From contig JBHGNT010000005.1 of assembly GCA_043228905.1 (NCBI GenBank), positions 22,754,001 through 22,818,000 of the forward strand: DNA of 64,000 bases, in the 5' to 3' direction. The translations under genes and the position numbers were made by a program. Shown piece by piece: positions 47,936-61,500 of this stretch. This DNA is from Azolla caroliniana. Its lineage: Eukaryota; Plantae; Polypodiophyta. The stretch's first letter is position 1, and each line of letters begins with the position of its first letter. The notes below the pieces were generated by a model. It made no database searches and was not told the DNA's origin. It was given only the letters and a program-made list of their open reading frames with translations.

Positions 47936-50069
47936 TATAAAAAAATTTGAGAAACAAAAGGATGAGATTGTGAAGTGGAAATTGGACACACTAATCAACA
48001 TTTAACAAAATTATTTCCCTTGGAAACATCTTTCGAATTATGGATTTAGTGCCCAACATATTCAAGGTGCCTCTTTATCTTAATCTAGGTTCTTAAACTT
48101 TAAAAAACTCCAAACAACTATTCTCATTATGGATTCCTTGAAGTTTGGGAATTGTTGGTCATCCTAATAGGTAAGGAACAATGGTTGCATGGTATTGGGA
48201 ATTCGATTTCTCAAAGTTTGTATGGGATTTTTGGAGTGTTTTAACAATGGGGAACATTATGGAATGTAAAACCTAGTGCAGTCAAAGAATGAATTATTCT
48301 TTTGTACACCAAACAAGCTAGTGAGGCGTTACACTTATCATCTGCCTACAAGCTAGATAGCTCGCTAGAGGCTACATTGTAGAATAAATGGTGCTACCTT
48401 TGTATAAGAATTTTCATGCTTTGGCAAATTATTGCTAGTAGCTTGATGTACTCGTTTATTTTTGGGCCACTCCTTTGATTAATAGAATCATCAAAGATGA
48501 GGACAAACCTTCCACCTAGTAACCAAAGAATCCATTACTCAAACTTTCTTAGTGTCTTAGCTAGGAAACTACTTTGTGGTTCTCAATGTAATCAATTAGA
48601 CTCTTCCTAATGTCTTATCTAAACTAGGACCCCAAAATGCATTCCTCAAAACTATTTTGCCAAGACAATACCCTACTAATTTGTACATTCTTTTGAATAG
48701 CAAAAAATGGCACAATATTTTTTATTTTATAATCATGCAATTCATTGTGTATCTATTCTTACATGACCAAGAGTTGCAAAGAGAGTATGTTTAGACGATT
48801 CACTTGAATGTGTTGGGTAAGTGATGTTAATGATGAGCAAACATTTTAATACATATATTTTTATAAAAGTGTGAGTAGTTTGCTTTGTGTGAGTTTTGAT
48901 TCAAAGAAAGATACACAAGTAATTGCACAATATTTTGATGTTACTATCCGGATGCCATTACTTCTCAACAATGCCCTTTATTAATTGAATGCGTATAAAC
49001 CATTGGTTGGGTTTTCTTGATGATTGTTGTTGACTTTACTTTTTATGCTCTTGGGGATGTACCATACGTATCAAAATATCTCTATGTAGGTCAACAAAAA
49101 AGTAAAGTTGAATAATTAGTCCCGACATATCATCGTCTTGTAATGTTAAAACGTTTGAGATACGCAAAAATCGTTGGCCTAAAAGTAGATTACAGTATAT
49201 ACGTTTTTGGGCAAGATATATATTGGCATAGTTTGAAAGTAGATGACATAACCATTTTGAACGAAAGGCCCATGGTATGAAGAGACGCAAGTAAAACATC
49301 CTATTTGAGCCAACTTTATGAATGAGAAAAAAGAAATATAATGACACCAACAAGATACAAGAAATCACATAACTCAATGAATTCAATCTCTACTTATTTG
49401 GAAGTTGTAGTATTATGCATATCACACAAGTTTGCGCGATGATTTTCAGTTTCAAATTCAAGAGAAATTAAATGCTCTTGATTGGCAAAAAGATGCATGT
49501 CATGGAGATGTTCTTCTTCTGCTCTTTCCTTCACAAGACTAGACTCGTTTAATGTCAACTAAAAGTTGGTTTGAAATTTTATTATAATCTCAACGAAATG
49601 TGTGAAGTAGATCGTCGAATAACATAAACAAAGCGATCAAAAGTCTATCCCACATAAACACCAACCTCTCATTGGATGTCGATCTCACCTCCAAACTTTG
49701 GAAATGTGTGGCATTCAGAGTCTACATAGATGTAAATATGACATTTGAGTTCAAGAAATAAATAAAGATATGGTGAATGATCATGACGAATGGATATCAT
49801 TCCTTCAAATTTTTGCCCGACATAAAAACCCCTTTGACACATGGGGTGGCATTAGGTACAAATGGCCTTGGCAAGCTATATTCATACGCCTACTCTGGTC
49901 CTACAAATATATGCTGGTTTATTCAACTTCTGAACCAACACATGCACACACAAAAAGACAGAGGCTCTTTTGGCACCAGCCCAAGGCAATGGAAAGCCCA
50001 ATGCTGCTCTAGATGCATATAGGAATCAATGATGGCAAATGTAATCTAGGAGCCTACAAAGGCAACAGA

Positions 50070-50335
50070 CCGACCATATGGACAAGGCAATTACCCGATC
50101 GAACGGACCATATGGGCACGTGGTGGCTAGATCAAGCCAACCATATGGACATGTGGTTATTAGATCAAGCCAACCATATGGATAGGCGGTTACTCGATCG
50201 AGTTGGCCATATGGGCACGTGGTTACTAGATCAAGCCAACCATATGGATGTGCGTTTAACCGATCAAGCCGACCATGTGGGCGGGTGGTTACCCGATCGG
50301 GTCAAGCATGTGGACAGGGTTGGTATCGGATCGGG
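50070..50335. repeat. 33-bp minisatellite (~8 units) with palindromic CCATATGG and GATC cores
   Basis: Unit approximately CTAGATCAAGCCAACCATATGGACATGTGGTTA. It translates as an 11-aa repeat (LDQANHMDMWL) in ORF 50013-50411. Confidence 0.85.
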
Positions 50336-50489
50336 CTACAGTGCAGAAAGGGTTTTGGGTGTGGCGAGAGGCCGATGGATTGACTTGATAAGACCCTTCT
50401 CTATTATGTGAATTGAGGAGGAGGCTATTTCTACAATTTCCTTAAACTATAAGGCCAGAAATGATAACAGCTCTTCTGATCAAGATCAA

Positions 50490-50935
50490 TATGAGAGACA
50501 GAGACAAACTCCAGAGAGAGAGAGAGAGAGAGGTAGACAGAGAGACAGAGACAGAGACAGACTCCAGAGAGAGAGAGAGAGAGAGAGGTAGACAGACAGA
50601 CAGACAGAGAGAGAGAGAGTGTGTGTGTGTGTTTATGTTGGGAGAGAGAGAGAGAGAGGTAGACAGAGAGACAGAGACAGAGACAGACTCCAGAGAGAGA
50701 GAGAGAGAGAGGTAGACAGACAGACAGAGAAAGAGAGAGAGAGAGTGTGTGTGTGTGTTTATGTTGGGAGAGAGAGAGACAGAGGTAGACAGAGAGACAG
50801 AGACAGAGACAGACTCCAGAGAGAGAGAGAGAGAGAGGTAGAGAGGTAGACAGACAGACAGAGAGAGAGAGAGAGAGTGTGTGTGTGTGTTTATGTTGGA
50901 TCTTAATCATCCCCCCCCCCCCCCCCCCCCCCCCA
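50490..50935. repeat. Higher-order compound microsatellite (~120-bp unit x3) plus poly-C
   Basis: (GA)n-GGTAGACA-(GAGACA)n-CTCCA-(GA)n-(GACA)n-(GT)n-TTATGTTGG repeated three times. C-run at ~50911-50934. Confidence 0.9.
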
Positions 50936-51646
50936 ACAAGTTTGATCAAAATCTTCACAATTTCCCTTCAAATCTCTGGAGATCCTTTCCACGGCCATGT
51001 CTGCAGCAATCAGGGCGTCGCGGTGAACCTCACGAGTCTCAGTTGAACCCCTGATGCTTCTGATGACTCAGGGTTAGAGTTATAGCACGAAACAAAAAAG
51101 GAAAAAGAGAAAGAACCTCAGCTGTAGATATCTGATAGTTTTCAAGAATTGGTTTGCAGTGCAATGAAGACGAAATCCTGATGAGTATGAAGAATGAGGG
51201 TTATAGTAAGAAGCAAACAAGGACCGCAGTTGTCGTCTGGTGAATTAAGGTTAGGGTAAGATTTGATGAAGTAGGGTTAGTAAAAAATGCTAATTTTAGT
51301 GGAACCAGAGTAAAAACTGACACTACTGATGCACAGAGATGGAAGGCACAGATCTGTGAATTAAAACAATAAAAAGGCACATATTCCCCCATAGCCATAG
51401 TTTCTATGCAGGTAAGCTATATCTGCATATATATAAATACTTATACGTACATATACATACACCATCTCTACACATTTCCATTCTTTTGCGGAGATCATCA
51501 CCTTAATCCAATCCAACTCAATTATTGGGCTGCGTATGTGTTGTATATGTATACATATTTATAAACTTCCTTCAAATCTTGGAAAATATAGATTTTTTAT
51601 TTTTGCCGATACAAACATATTTTTGTCCTCACAGATTTCATCTTCG

Positions 51647-54600
51647 ATGAGGGTATCGTCAGGATCAAGCACAATGAGAGGGCGGTCCAACAATGTGGCG
51701 CACAATGGATTTATATCTTTTCTCATGCTCATGATCTCATTCATTGCCTGTTTCTACATTGCTGGAAGGTAAATCTTTTCAATCCATCTAATTAAACTGT
51801 AGAGGTTAGAGAGGTAATATAAAATATTTTCTGTTCTATTGATTGATTTCTTGTTGGGACCATATGGGGAAAGCTCTGAAATACCCACCTGAGCTTTTCT
51901 TTATACCTCTCCCCCCCTCCCACCCAAAGAAAACAAAATACAGACATTCAACTGGGGTAGGGGGGGAGCAAGAGTAGAGATAGGCAATGGAATGGTTGGG
52001 CAGCCTTATGGCCACTGATAGCCTTGTTAGCTATAGTGTAGAGACGAACATTGTGACCACCTGCATGTAGCCTTAATAGCTATAGTATATGCAAACATTC
52101 TATACAACTCTAGCATTTTTTGTGTTTTTCTTTTGTTTCTCGAGAGGCAGAAGTTACGAGCAAAAGCATGAAAAGACATCTAGTATGTGATTAGGGGTGG
52201 AGTCAACCAAGAGTTGAGGTAAGCCGATCAGAAAACTGAAGCATTATGGCCAACTTCATTGTCAGTAGGAAAGTTGTCCATGCAACATATGCATTTTTCT
52301 ATTATTGAATATGATTTCTTGCTATGAACACACATGTCACATACTAGAAATTTAGTATGCGATTAGGATCCAAATCAAGGTCCACCTTGAGCCTCAATAT
52401 CTTTGTCTAGACGTGCACATTCTCCCTCCAACATAAACATTGTATGTGCTTTTGAATGATTCATGTTACAAGCATATGCAGAAATGTATCATTAATATGC
52501 CAAATTAAGGATAGGGATAGGTCCATTAACATGAATCTGGACACAGCAGTGTCTATCCAGAGTTCCGAGTGTCTAGGGTTATAAAGGGCCAGATCTCTGT
52601 GTAAGTCTTTTTCTTCCATTCACTATATCTCTTCCCATATTTCTTAGTGCACTATTCTTCATATGATGCCAGGGACCTCTACCCGTAGATGTGATGACCT
52701 CAGTGGAGGGCATTGATTGGGTAGGATGATAATCCTTTAGTCTTTATCTTCTTTAATTTCCTTAATTATGTATTAATGCATGTTAGCTACATGAGTAGGA
52801 GGTGTACATGAGATGGTTGTTAAGACTCTCCCTTAATTATTATTTAAACAGATTATGGCAGGATGCTGAGAAGCGGGTCACAATTTAGTCTTTATCTTCT
52901 TTAATTTCCTATGAATTAATGCATGTTAGCTACATGAGTAGGAGGTGTACATGAGATGGTTGGTTGTTAAGACTCTCCCTTAATTATTATTTAAGCAGAT
53001 TATGGCAGGATGCTGAGAAGCGGGTCACAATGATGAATATGTTGGATAAAAGCAAGGGAATGGTAATGAATTTCCATTGTTTCTACAACTGCTCACAATT
53101 AGAACTTGCTTCTTTTCAACAGAAATAAGGGTTGTTGTTTCAAATTTTGCCCATTATTTAGATCTGTCTTCTTTTTCAGGGAAATAAGCCTGTTACGGTA
53201 GAGGATAAGCTTCAAATCCTGGGATGCAAGTGTGTTGTTGCAGCATGTATTATGTCAATATGATTGTGGATGCGGATAAGAGTATACTTGAATCTTAGCT
53301 AGTGTTTGTGCCTGGCCAGAGATGCAGAAAGAAGATTGGCTGAATTGGAGGTAGAATTAGCTTCTGCTAAAAGTCAGGGATTCATGAGGAAATGGATAAG
53401 CTTAAGCAACGGCAATAATACATCAAGAAGCCCACTTCTGGCTGTTATTGGCATCAATACAGAGTTTGCAAACCGCCGAAAGAGAGATGTGATTCGGAAC
53501 AAATGGCTGCCAACAGGTTTAACTCTTTAACTCATTGCACCTCCTTAAAAAAGTCTCTTTCATATGCACGTGCGTAAGCTCAAATTTGAAATTATGGGAT
53601 GTCATATTTTCCATTGACTATGTAAAACGAACGGAATGTAATTTAAATTCTGGTGGAGCTTGAATTCCTGTAGATAATGGCATCTACAAGAGTCAATCAG
53701 TCAGATATCAGTGAAACAGTTTCTTATCTGATCCAGTACATGTGAGTACGAAAAGATTCCCAGACACTGGCTAAGTAATGTCCACCTCATGTTCACGATA
53801 AATATAACCTGAGCTAGAGTCTTATATGATTCCACCTTGTATGAGCCATTGGTGAGATTGACACCTCATTGGCCATCCTTTCATCCCTTCATATATTTTC
53901 TTACCCCTGATGCATGCCTGTAAGATCCTCTAGCACATTGAATATTCAGCATCCTTGGACAATGTAATGTTATCCCATAGAGAACTTTGACATCTGGATG
54001 TGTGGTTGTAGATTTGCTTGGTATAGAGAAGAAGCACTGTTTAAGAAAGATGCCACACCTACATAGGGTATATCTATCGATTATGTAAGATTTAGAGGTT
54101 ACTCCTGTTTATAGGGGAAATATTATACTCCCTGGGCCTATGTGTATATAGAGTTGCTAGGGTAACCAAGATTTGTCAATGAGCCCTTTTGATATTTTTA
54201 GCATTTCGAGACAGTCAAATATTACCACTTCATCAATGATATTTCTATACCTTAAGGGGTAATCATGAATTGCTAGAAAGAAGAAAAGAGGTGATGCTAT
54301 GGAGACACCATGGTGATCTCTTGGAATGCTTCCATCACACCATGAGACTGGCCTCATGGAACACTAGAGGCCCAAATGGAGCCCATTCTAGGTGAGGTAG
54401 ACGTATCATTGTATGGGAGCTACAGGGTCAAAGAAGAATGCCAAGAGGTTTGTTTTGGTACCATGTGTGTGATGGTGGATTTTGAGGAGTAACAGGACCC
54501 AAAAAATGTTTGTGATGCAGTGAAAACAGAGAAGGAGATGGAAAAGATACACAAAGGTTTTTGGAGCCCCAAAAAGAATATGTTTTAGGGGCAATTGTAT

Positions 54601-57600
54601 ATATTTTTAATAGCATATGATTTTAGGCCATTTGAGCCAGTTCACACTTAACTGACCCGAATATGTAGTAGAATCTCATAGTTGAGCAATACTGTGAAAG
54701 GGCCTTTGTAAATGTACAAATGCAGAGGTCTTGAACTTTTATACCCAACACAGGGAAGCTCTAGCAAATCTCCAGAGGAACAACACTGGAGGCCTAAATG
54801 GTGCCCACTCTAGGAAAATGAGGGGCATTATCATATAGGAGCAATGAAAGTAAAGAGGTGATGCAATGAATACACCATAGTGATCAATTAGAATACTTCC
54901 ATAACACAATTAGACTTGTGCATGGAACAGAAGAGGCCTAAATGGAGCAAACTTTAGGTGAGGTAGAGCTATCATTGTATAGGAGCTGAGGGAAGCTCTA
55001 TCAAATCTCCTCATGAACAACATTTATCATAAAAGTCTTGCAGTCCCCAAGTACAGGAAACTGCTGCAAGGATAGTCAGACATTCTGGATTCCTACTATA
55101 GATGTTGGGGAGGAATAGTTTGGTGTATATAACATTATTTGTTGCAATTTCAATATCTTCATTATATATGTGGAGAATCTCATAGACTGCAGAATTATTT
55201 TGTCTCCAATGTGGGGGCCTATTGGGTTAGCATACACTTAGTTTATGCTCTGAAAAATCCTACTCATAGAGGTACCATTTAGATTGATCTCTTTGATATA
55301 TGAATCACTAGATTCTGCTATGAGACTTGCACATGTTTTAACTTCACGCCTCATGAGACTGAACAGGCAATTGGATCACAACCACGAAAAACAACAGCAG
55401 AAAACTATGGACTATAAAAACTTAGTTTTTATACATGGACAAGACTCTTGGCAAACCCCAAAGTTAGGGAAGTCTCATGGGGATAAGCCACACCAAATAT
55501 TTGATTAGACTATACTTTTTAGCATATCCTGTGTCTTTTATATTGTAACTGAACCTATGGATTTCCATCAATGTGAACGTATATAAGATCTCTCATTGTA
55601 AAGCGCACAAAAAATCTCTTAATGCACGTTTAGCTTTCCAGATTTTTTCTCTTGTATTTCCATATCCTCTCATAGAGTCATGAAGGGCTCAAACACAAAT
55701 CTTCCATAATTAGCAGCCTTCAGGGTCCCCCAGACTTCAGGTCTCTTAGATTTTCTAGGAGAGATCTATATATTGACTTGAGGGCCTTCTATAGGGTTGT
55801 CACATTTTCTAAATGGGAGGATTGACATGGATCATGTGAAGGAGTATTTTCTTTGATCTACTTGCAAGTTGGATTATAGGTATATTTTTGTCTTTTGTAC
55901 TAAAAAGACGTAACAGGATAACAATGTTTTATGGGTATCATGATATTTGGTATTCTGGGCTTGATGTAAGTTTTGACTTGTGATGTTGTTCTATGAACAC
56001 TGTATATTGCAGGTGAATCGTTAAAGAAACTTGAGAAAGAGAACGGAATTGTGGTTCGATTTGTGGTGGGAAGGAGGTTAGCTATATGATACTACTAGAA
56101 CAGCATGAAATAATATATGATATGATTCAGTAATGCAAAAAATTTTAATTTGTAAATTTCTGACTTGTAGTGCAAATAAAGGGGATAGTTCTGATCGGCG
56201 AATAGACTCGGAGAATCAGGAAACTAAGGATTTCCTTGTACTTGTAAGTTGTGTCGAATAAATCATTCAAACATCAGTAAGAAAGATTATGTGTTAGTTC
56301 AGATTAACTATGCAGCTCATCAAAAATATAATATGAATGCCATTCGATATATCCAACACATAATTTTACATACTACATACATGGAGAGAAACGTATCATG
56401 AACTCCAATCCATCAATGACCTCAAGATTTAACAATAAAGTCATGAACTTCAAAGGATTCGAGAAATTGGTCTTTCATGTTGCGTCCTTCATACCCACAT
56501 ATCAATTACATTTACAACACTCTCCACCTCTTTCAAACTTGCCGACTTGTGGCATATTTCAACAGTGATTCATCATGATATTTTCGTCTAAATAAATAAG
56601 AGAAGTTAAAGCTAAGAAGTGTGGAAAAAGAAAAACTTTATCCATAGTAATTTGATGTTGTACTGCATGTAGGCGGAAAACACGATGTCTATATTCCCAT
56701 AAGAAAATGAATAATGTATGTTTGCATATTTTTTAACGTTTATTTATAGGAAGAACATGTTGAGGTACCTGAGGAATTAGCAACCAAAGCAAAAAACTTT
56801 TTCAGTGTAGCTGTAGAGACATGGGATGCTGATTTTTACATGAAGGTTGATGATGATGTACTTGTAAATATTGGTATGTCTCAGTCAATCATTTACTTAT
56901 GATTCAATATCTCACTGCTTGAAATAGAGAAACTAGATTTGAGCTTTCTAGCTTGCTGGCATTGCAGATGAACTTAAGAAGTTACTTACAAGTTATGTGG
57001 ACAGGCCAAGAATATATGCCGGATGTATGAAGTCAGGAGATGTTATAATAGAGGCGTATGTGGTGTTTTCCTACTTTTGCATTTTTTCTATCCATGGAAC
57101 TTAATATGATCTTGCAATGGATCAATTTTTATGATGGATAATGCATAATCCTCTGCACATCCTAATGTGACTTCTCTTTTTCCAGAGGCCAGCGGTGGTA
57201 TGAAAAAGAATGGTGGAAGTTTGGTGATGGCAAATCGTAAGCTATATTTGATTTAGAAACATAAATATATGGTTCAGTTTCTTTTCTCAATGACAAAGTG
57301 ATTCAAATATGCTTCTTTGTCTCTGCTCCTCTTTTACATATAGATACTTCCGGCATACGAGTGGCCATCTATATATTCTTTCAAGGGCACTTGCTCAGTA
57401 CATTTACATTAACCGGTAGGCCCTGGCCTAGCAATTTGTATTTCTAGTTTTGACATTTCAAGGCTGCCATCTTTTTCTTATATGTTTTGCTTACTTGTTG
57501 ATAGAGATTTTCTGCATACCTATGCACATGAAGATGTGTCAGTAGGGTCATGGATGCTTGGATTAGATGTAGAGCATGTTGATGAACGACGAGCATGCTG

Positions 57601-57741
57601 TACCAGCTCTCCCCAAGGTCTTTTTCGCTCCCTTGTTCCTTGACATATACATTTTATACATAATGTCCTTTTTTCTTTTGTATAACTACATCATGCTGCT
57701 TTGTAGTGTTTTCATCAGGTACGATATGCTCCAAATTTTAG
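51647..57741 (+). CDS. HPGT: GT31 hydroxyproline O-galactosyltransferase (HPGT / B3GALT9-11 type), 12 coding exons
   Basis: Exons 51647-51768, 52999-53062, 53180-53229, 53320-53516, 56013-56076, 56171-56243, 56750-56873, 56968-57055, 57186-57236, 57344-57415, 57505-57617, 57719-57741. Signal anchor ...FYIAGRLWQDAE, then [67 protein letters not shown]. Probable 5'UTR intron 51412-51634. Confidence 0.93.
52381..52485 (-). pseudogene. Single decayed PPR motif in HPGT intron 1
   Basis: Minus strand [28 protein letters not shown] resembles ISAYAQNGHSKEALQLF..M..EGVRPDK. Confidence 0.4.
52736..53030 (+). repeat. ~147-bp tandem duplication spanning the HPGT intron 1 / exon 2 boundary
   Basis: TTTAGTCTTTATCTTC...CAG|ATTATGGCAGGATGCTGAGAAGCGGGTCACAA occurs at 52736-52883 and 52884-53030. 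Confidence 0.92.
54286..55010 (+). repeat. Dispersed ~135-bp direct repeats in HPGT intron 4
   Basis: AAAGAGGTGATGC...CACCAT.GTGATC...TAGGTGAGGTAGA..TATCATTGTAT.GGAGCT at 54286 and 54852, with a partial copy at 54783. Confidence 0.7.
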
Positions 57742-60700
57742 CACAACGTAACATCGGTTTTGCAAGTGTTGTTAGAAGAGCAAACTGAGAATATTAAGAA
57801 CTTCATCCGGGAATTGTAGTTCTTAGTGGCTAATGCTAAAGAAAAAAAACAGTTTGAAAGCAACCAGAGCCCTTGATTGAAAGAGCCTTGTTATAGAACA
57901 GCTATAAGCCCCTACAATCTATCATTTTAGAGTTGGTAACAAATTTGTTTGAATGATTAACCACACTATTTGGAAATGAAGTAGCACGCATGATGTCTTG
58001 ATGTGAGAGTGCTTCAAGTATAATAATAAGAAAGAATCTATTTAATCAGTTAAGTCAATTGAAATGTGACATCTAAAACAATGGTGAGGGCAAAAGAGAA
58101 ATGATTCGGGAAACATGGACTGGCCAAGAGAAAATGCTGAACCAAACTTATTTATTAGGTTCGTCGAATGTGTCAGACAAAACAAAAATTATTTAAAAGG
58201 TATGATAACAAAAAAAAAACAATCCGATAAAACAAAATGTATTGGTGTTGTAATGCCTCAAAAGAAAACTAAGTAGAGGTATACAAATTGTGAGAGCATG
58301 GCACGAGAAAGCTGAAGTCGATAATATAGAATGAGATTGAGAAATATCAATATGAGCAAACCATTTGTCAATGTAACAAATGTGGTACAGGTTATCCACC
58401 ATCATTATGATAATGGAAGCCTTCAATCTTGAATATATCATTATTATCCATGACCTTGCTTGTATTATCATCCATTGATCACTCAACAATTGCTCCACAT
58501 TCAAAGGTGCCATAATTATTAGCACATTATTTTGAGCAAATTATCTTCATTTTAAATGGAACCATTAATTCTAGGTTACTACAGTGATTGCTAATCAATA
58601 TTAGAAGCTAATACATAAGGTATAACTTTGGTATTGAGATTTTCTCTCTTATTCACAACATTTCTAAAACAAAGGGATTATTAATCAAAAGCTAATGCAT
58701 GGTTTAGGGGATTTATGATTTGATGGTGGAGTGATTTAGTTGCATGGTATAGATTAAAAATGGTGCATAGTTGTCAAGTATGGTAGTGTATTAATTAGTA
58801 CTTCCCTAGCTAAACTTACTTTAACTATGTTTTTGTATTTGTTAAATACTTCGGTCTATTTACTAAAACAAAATTGATGCGTAAATAATTGCAATACAAT
58901 TGAGTTAACAATGCAAATAATAGGTCACATTATACTCGTCAAAGTTCATTTAAGCTATTTATGCTTCACTTCAACAATGGTATTTAAGACTTGTGATCAA
59001 ATATCATTTTCTCACAAAAACTAATACCAAATATGGCCTGCCTAATAATAACAAGATCCTCTAATCTCTACAATAATGTCATCAAGTAGCTTCACTTTGG
59101 CTCTATAATATAAGTCAATTTGCAACCAACACATTTAGGAATTAAAGAGCAAAGCATTAGCTCCATAACATTTGTAGCTAATACAAACCGTTGAAAGTAA
59201 GGCAATGCATCAAATTCTTCAACTCTAACATCAATCAAGAATGCAACAAAGTTGTCAACCAGAAATTTTACATGTTCAACTTCAACTTTAAGTTCAATAT
59301 TCAACTCCTACTTCTCAAAGCTTAAAACCTATAGGCTATAGCTATAACGTGGAAATCGAATCCAATTGTAAGGACATAAAGAAAGAAAGAAATATTTGTT
59401 TACGACGATTTTGTAATCATTTTGAAGTTTACGTATACATGTTGGGCCCTTTTTTAATGTGTATGATATTAATGTTTGGAGTTTTCTTTGCGATGATTAT
59501 GTACTACACGTATATTTTTGTTGTAATGTGCTAAGTGCGATTACATAGGGAAAAAATGTATAGTACCTAAACATTACATACGTATATGTAAACAACCTTC
59601 AATGATGATGTTGAGACACATATAAATGATGGTTCAATTGCACAATAGACAATCGTATGCAAGGAGATCATGCAACTTGTCTTGTTTATAAGATCCGTTA
59701 GATGTAGAATCTCTCTCTCTCTCTCTCATAGACTTAACTTGTTGGGATACTATGACAAGATGCACCCAAAAATATATTATTGCTCAATGTCATTTAACAC
59801 TAGAAAACTACCTAGAGCAAACCATACTTGCACATTGTGCCCTAATGAGGAGATCAAGGATGTGGAGCAATAGTCAGAGTAATTTCAACAATGCTTTACA
59901 CGATCAATTACGATACAAATTTTGCACGCCATACACACCAACAAAGGAGATTCTCTTATGATGCTATTTTGGCTCCCACAAGTCATGTTTCTAGCCTTTA
60001 GAGGACTTAGAAACGTCCTTCTCACCATATATGTGGCTCTCTCTCATTAAATTTTCTAGTCCTAGTTTGACTCTTATAAAAAACAAAATCTAGTATTAGG
60101 ACATTTGTATTGAGATGTGATAGAAACTAAATCGCAACTTTTAGGGTCACTGTGTGATTAGCAATGCAAATCAAGGCATGAAGACTAATTTAAGGAAACA
60201 AGGCATTGCATGCAGAGCACAATTTTTTGCTTCTTATTTCCAAATAAATGAATGAATTGTGAACTAAAATATTGAAGTGCATGGTATATGTATATACATA
60301 TAAATATACTAGGAAACCTTGGGCTCCTCTTTGATCAATGCTAAGGATTGATTCAGACCCCACCCCACCCCATCAACTTCAAGGGTCCCGTGTATCTTCT
60401 CATATAGATGGCACCATTTGTAACAATATGATGAACTTTGGCACCTTGAGAGTTTCATACCTTATATGCCCTATATTCGCGCATGGTGGAAATAAATAAT
60501 AATAAGATTTCAGAACCAAACAAGTTGAATTTTTTTCTCTCAAAAGTAACCCTAAATTATTTAAAATCAAAAGATAATGCCTAGCCCTTCAATAACTTAC
60601 CACACCAATGAGAGAGTATCCTTCTAGAGGTTCCATTGGTTCCATTCTTACATGATTTTCCAAATTTTGGTATTCGTTATTTAAATTGGTAAAAATTTCA

Positions 60701-60960
60701 TACTCATTTCGATATCAACCTATGAAATTTATATAGATAGAACCTATCCATGTTCAAGAATGTTGACACTACGATGGTTATAGACTCCTCGCATTCATTG
60801 AGCAAGGGTCGCAAAACGAGAAAGTTTCTAAACCGAACAAATCTCATGTTAGCGAAGTTTTGTTTAACACGTCTTAGCATAGTTTCATCAAACGTTAGAT
60901 GAATTGTTTTCTTTTGCAGGTAAAAGATTTGAGGGACATGGCTATGAACTAGCAACTCGC

Positions 60961-61500
60961 AATCGGCAACAATTCAGTTCGGTTCGAAAGTATCAAACTC
61001 AAACCATTTAAAACCGAACCGTTTAAAAAAACTGAAACTTAAATGGAACCAAACCATTACAAAAAATCCAAGCTCGAACCAAATGGTTTTAGAGACTTTC
61101 AAACCTTAAAACTATTAAACCATTAAAACCGCAGTTTTGCGATTCGGTTTTGGTTTTTAAGTTAGGTCAAAATTCAAATTTTCACATTTTAATTTTAAAA
61201 ATATTGTTTTTTCAAATTTTAAAGATTTTTCTTAAAATATTAAAATTAGGCTTAAAATGCTCAAAAAAATATTTAAGAAAATGATCAAGTGTCAATCATA
61301 AACCCTCAAACCATTCAAACCGTTAATAAAGCAAATACTGTTAAACCGATAAAGGCTCAAACCGATCTAGTAAACCTCCAAATTGAACAGAACCGTTTAC
61401 AAAAACCTGAACTGGAACCAAACTGCATAGAACCGTTTTAATCATTAAGTCATGGGTTCGTAGTTCAGTTTGGTTCAAAACGAACCGTTGCCGATTGTTA
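60961..61500. mobile_element. hAT-type MITE (subfamily 1; left TIR missing 4 nt)
   Basis: Right TIR CCGTTGCCGATTGTTA is intact; left is AATCGGCAAC. Flanks CAACTCGC / CCAGTCGC match 6/8. AACCG arrays present. Confidence 0.85.

Noticed and set aside
48300-49700. Possible decayed DNA-transposase sequence
   Set aside because: Only vague similarity; no catalytic motif recoverable by eye.
50431-50958. 175-aa and related ORFs (LSLSLS / RERERE)
   Set aside because: Translations of GA/CT microsatellites. The same applies to ORFs at 393-581, 24774-25116 and 61673-62051.
51060-51190. CTGATGA...CGAAA motifs suggesting a hammerhead ribozyme or C/D snoRNA
   Set aside because: Stem II closing pair and stems I/III cannot be formed, and there is no convincing terminal stem or box spacing.
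58190-59340. Possible hAT/DUF659 transposase remnant (QRFVLATNVMELM)
   Set aside because: A single weak motif; needs tBLASTn or HMM confirmation.
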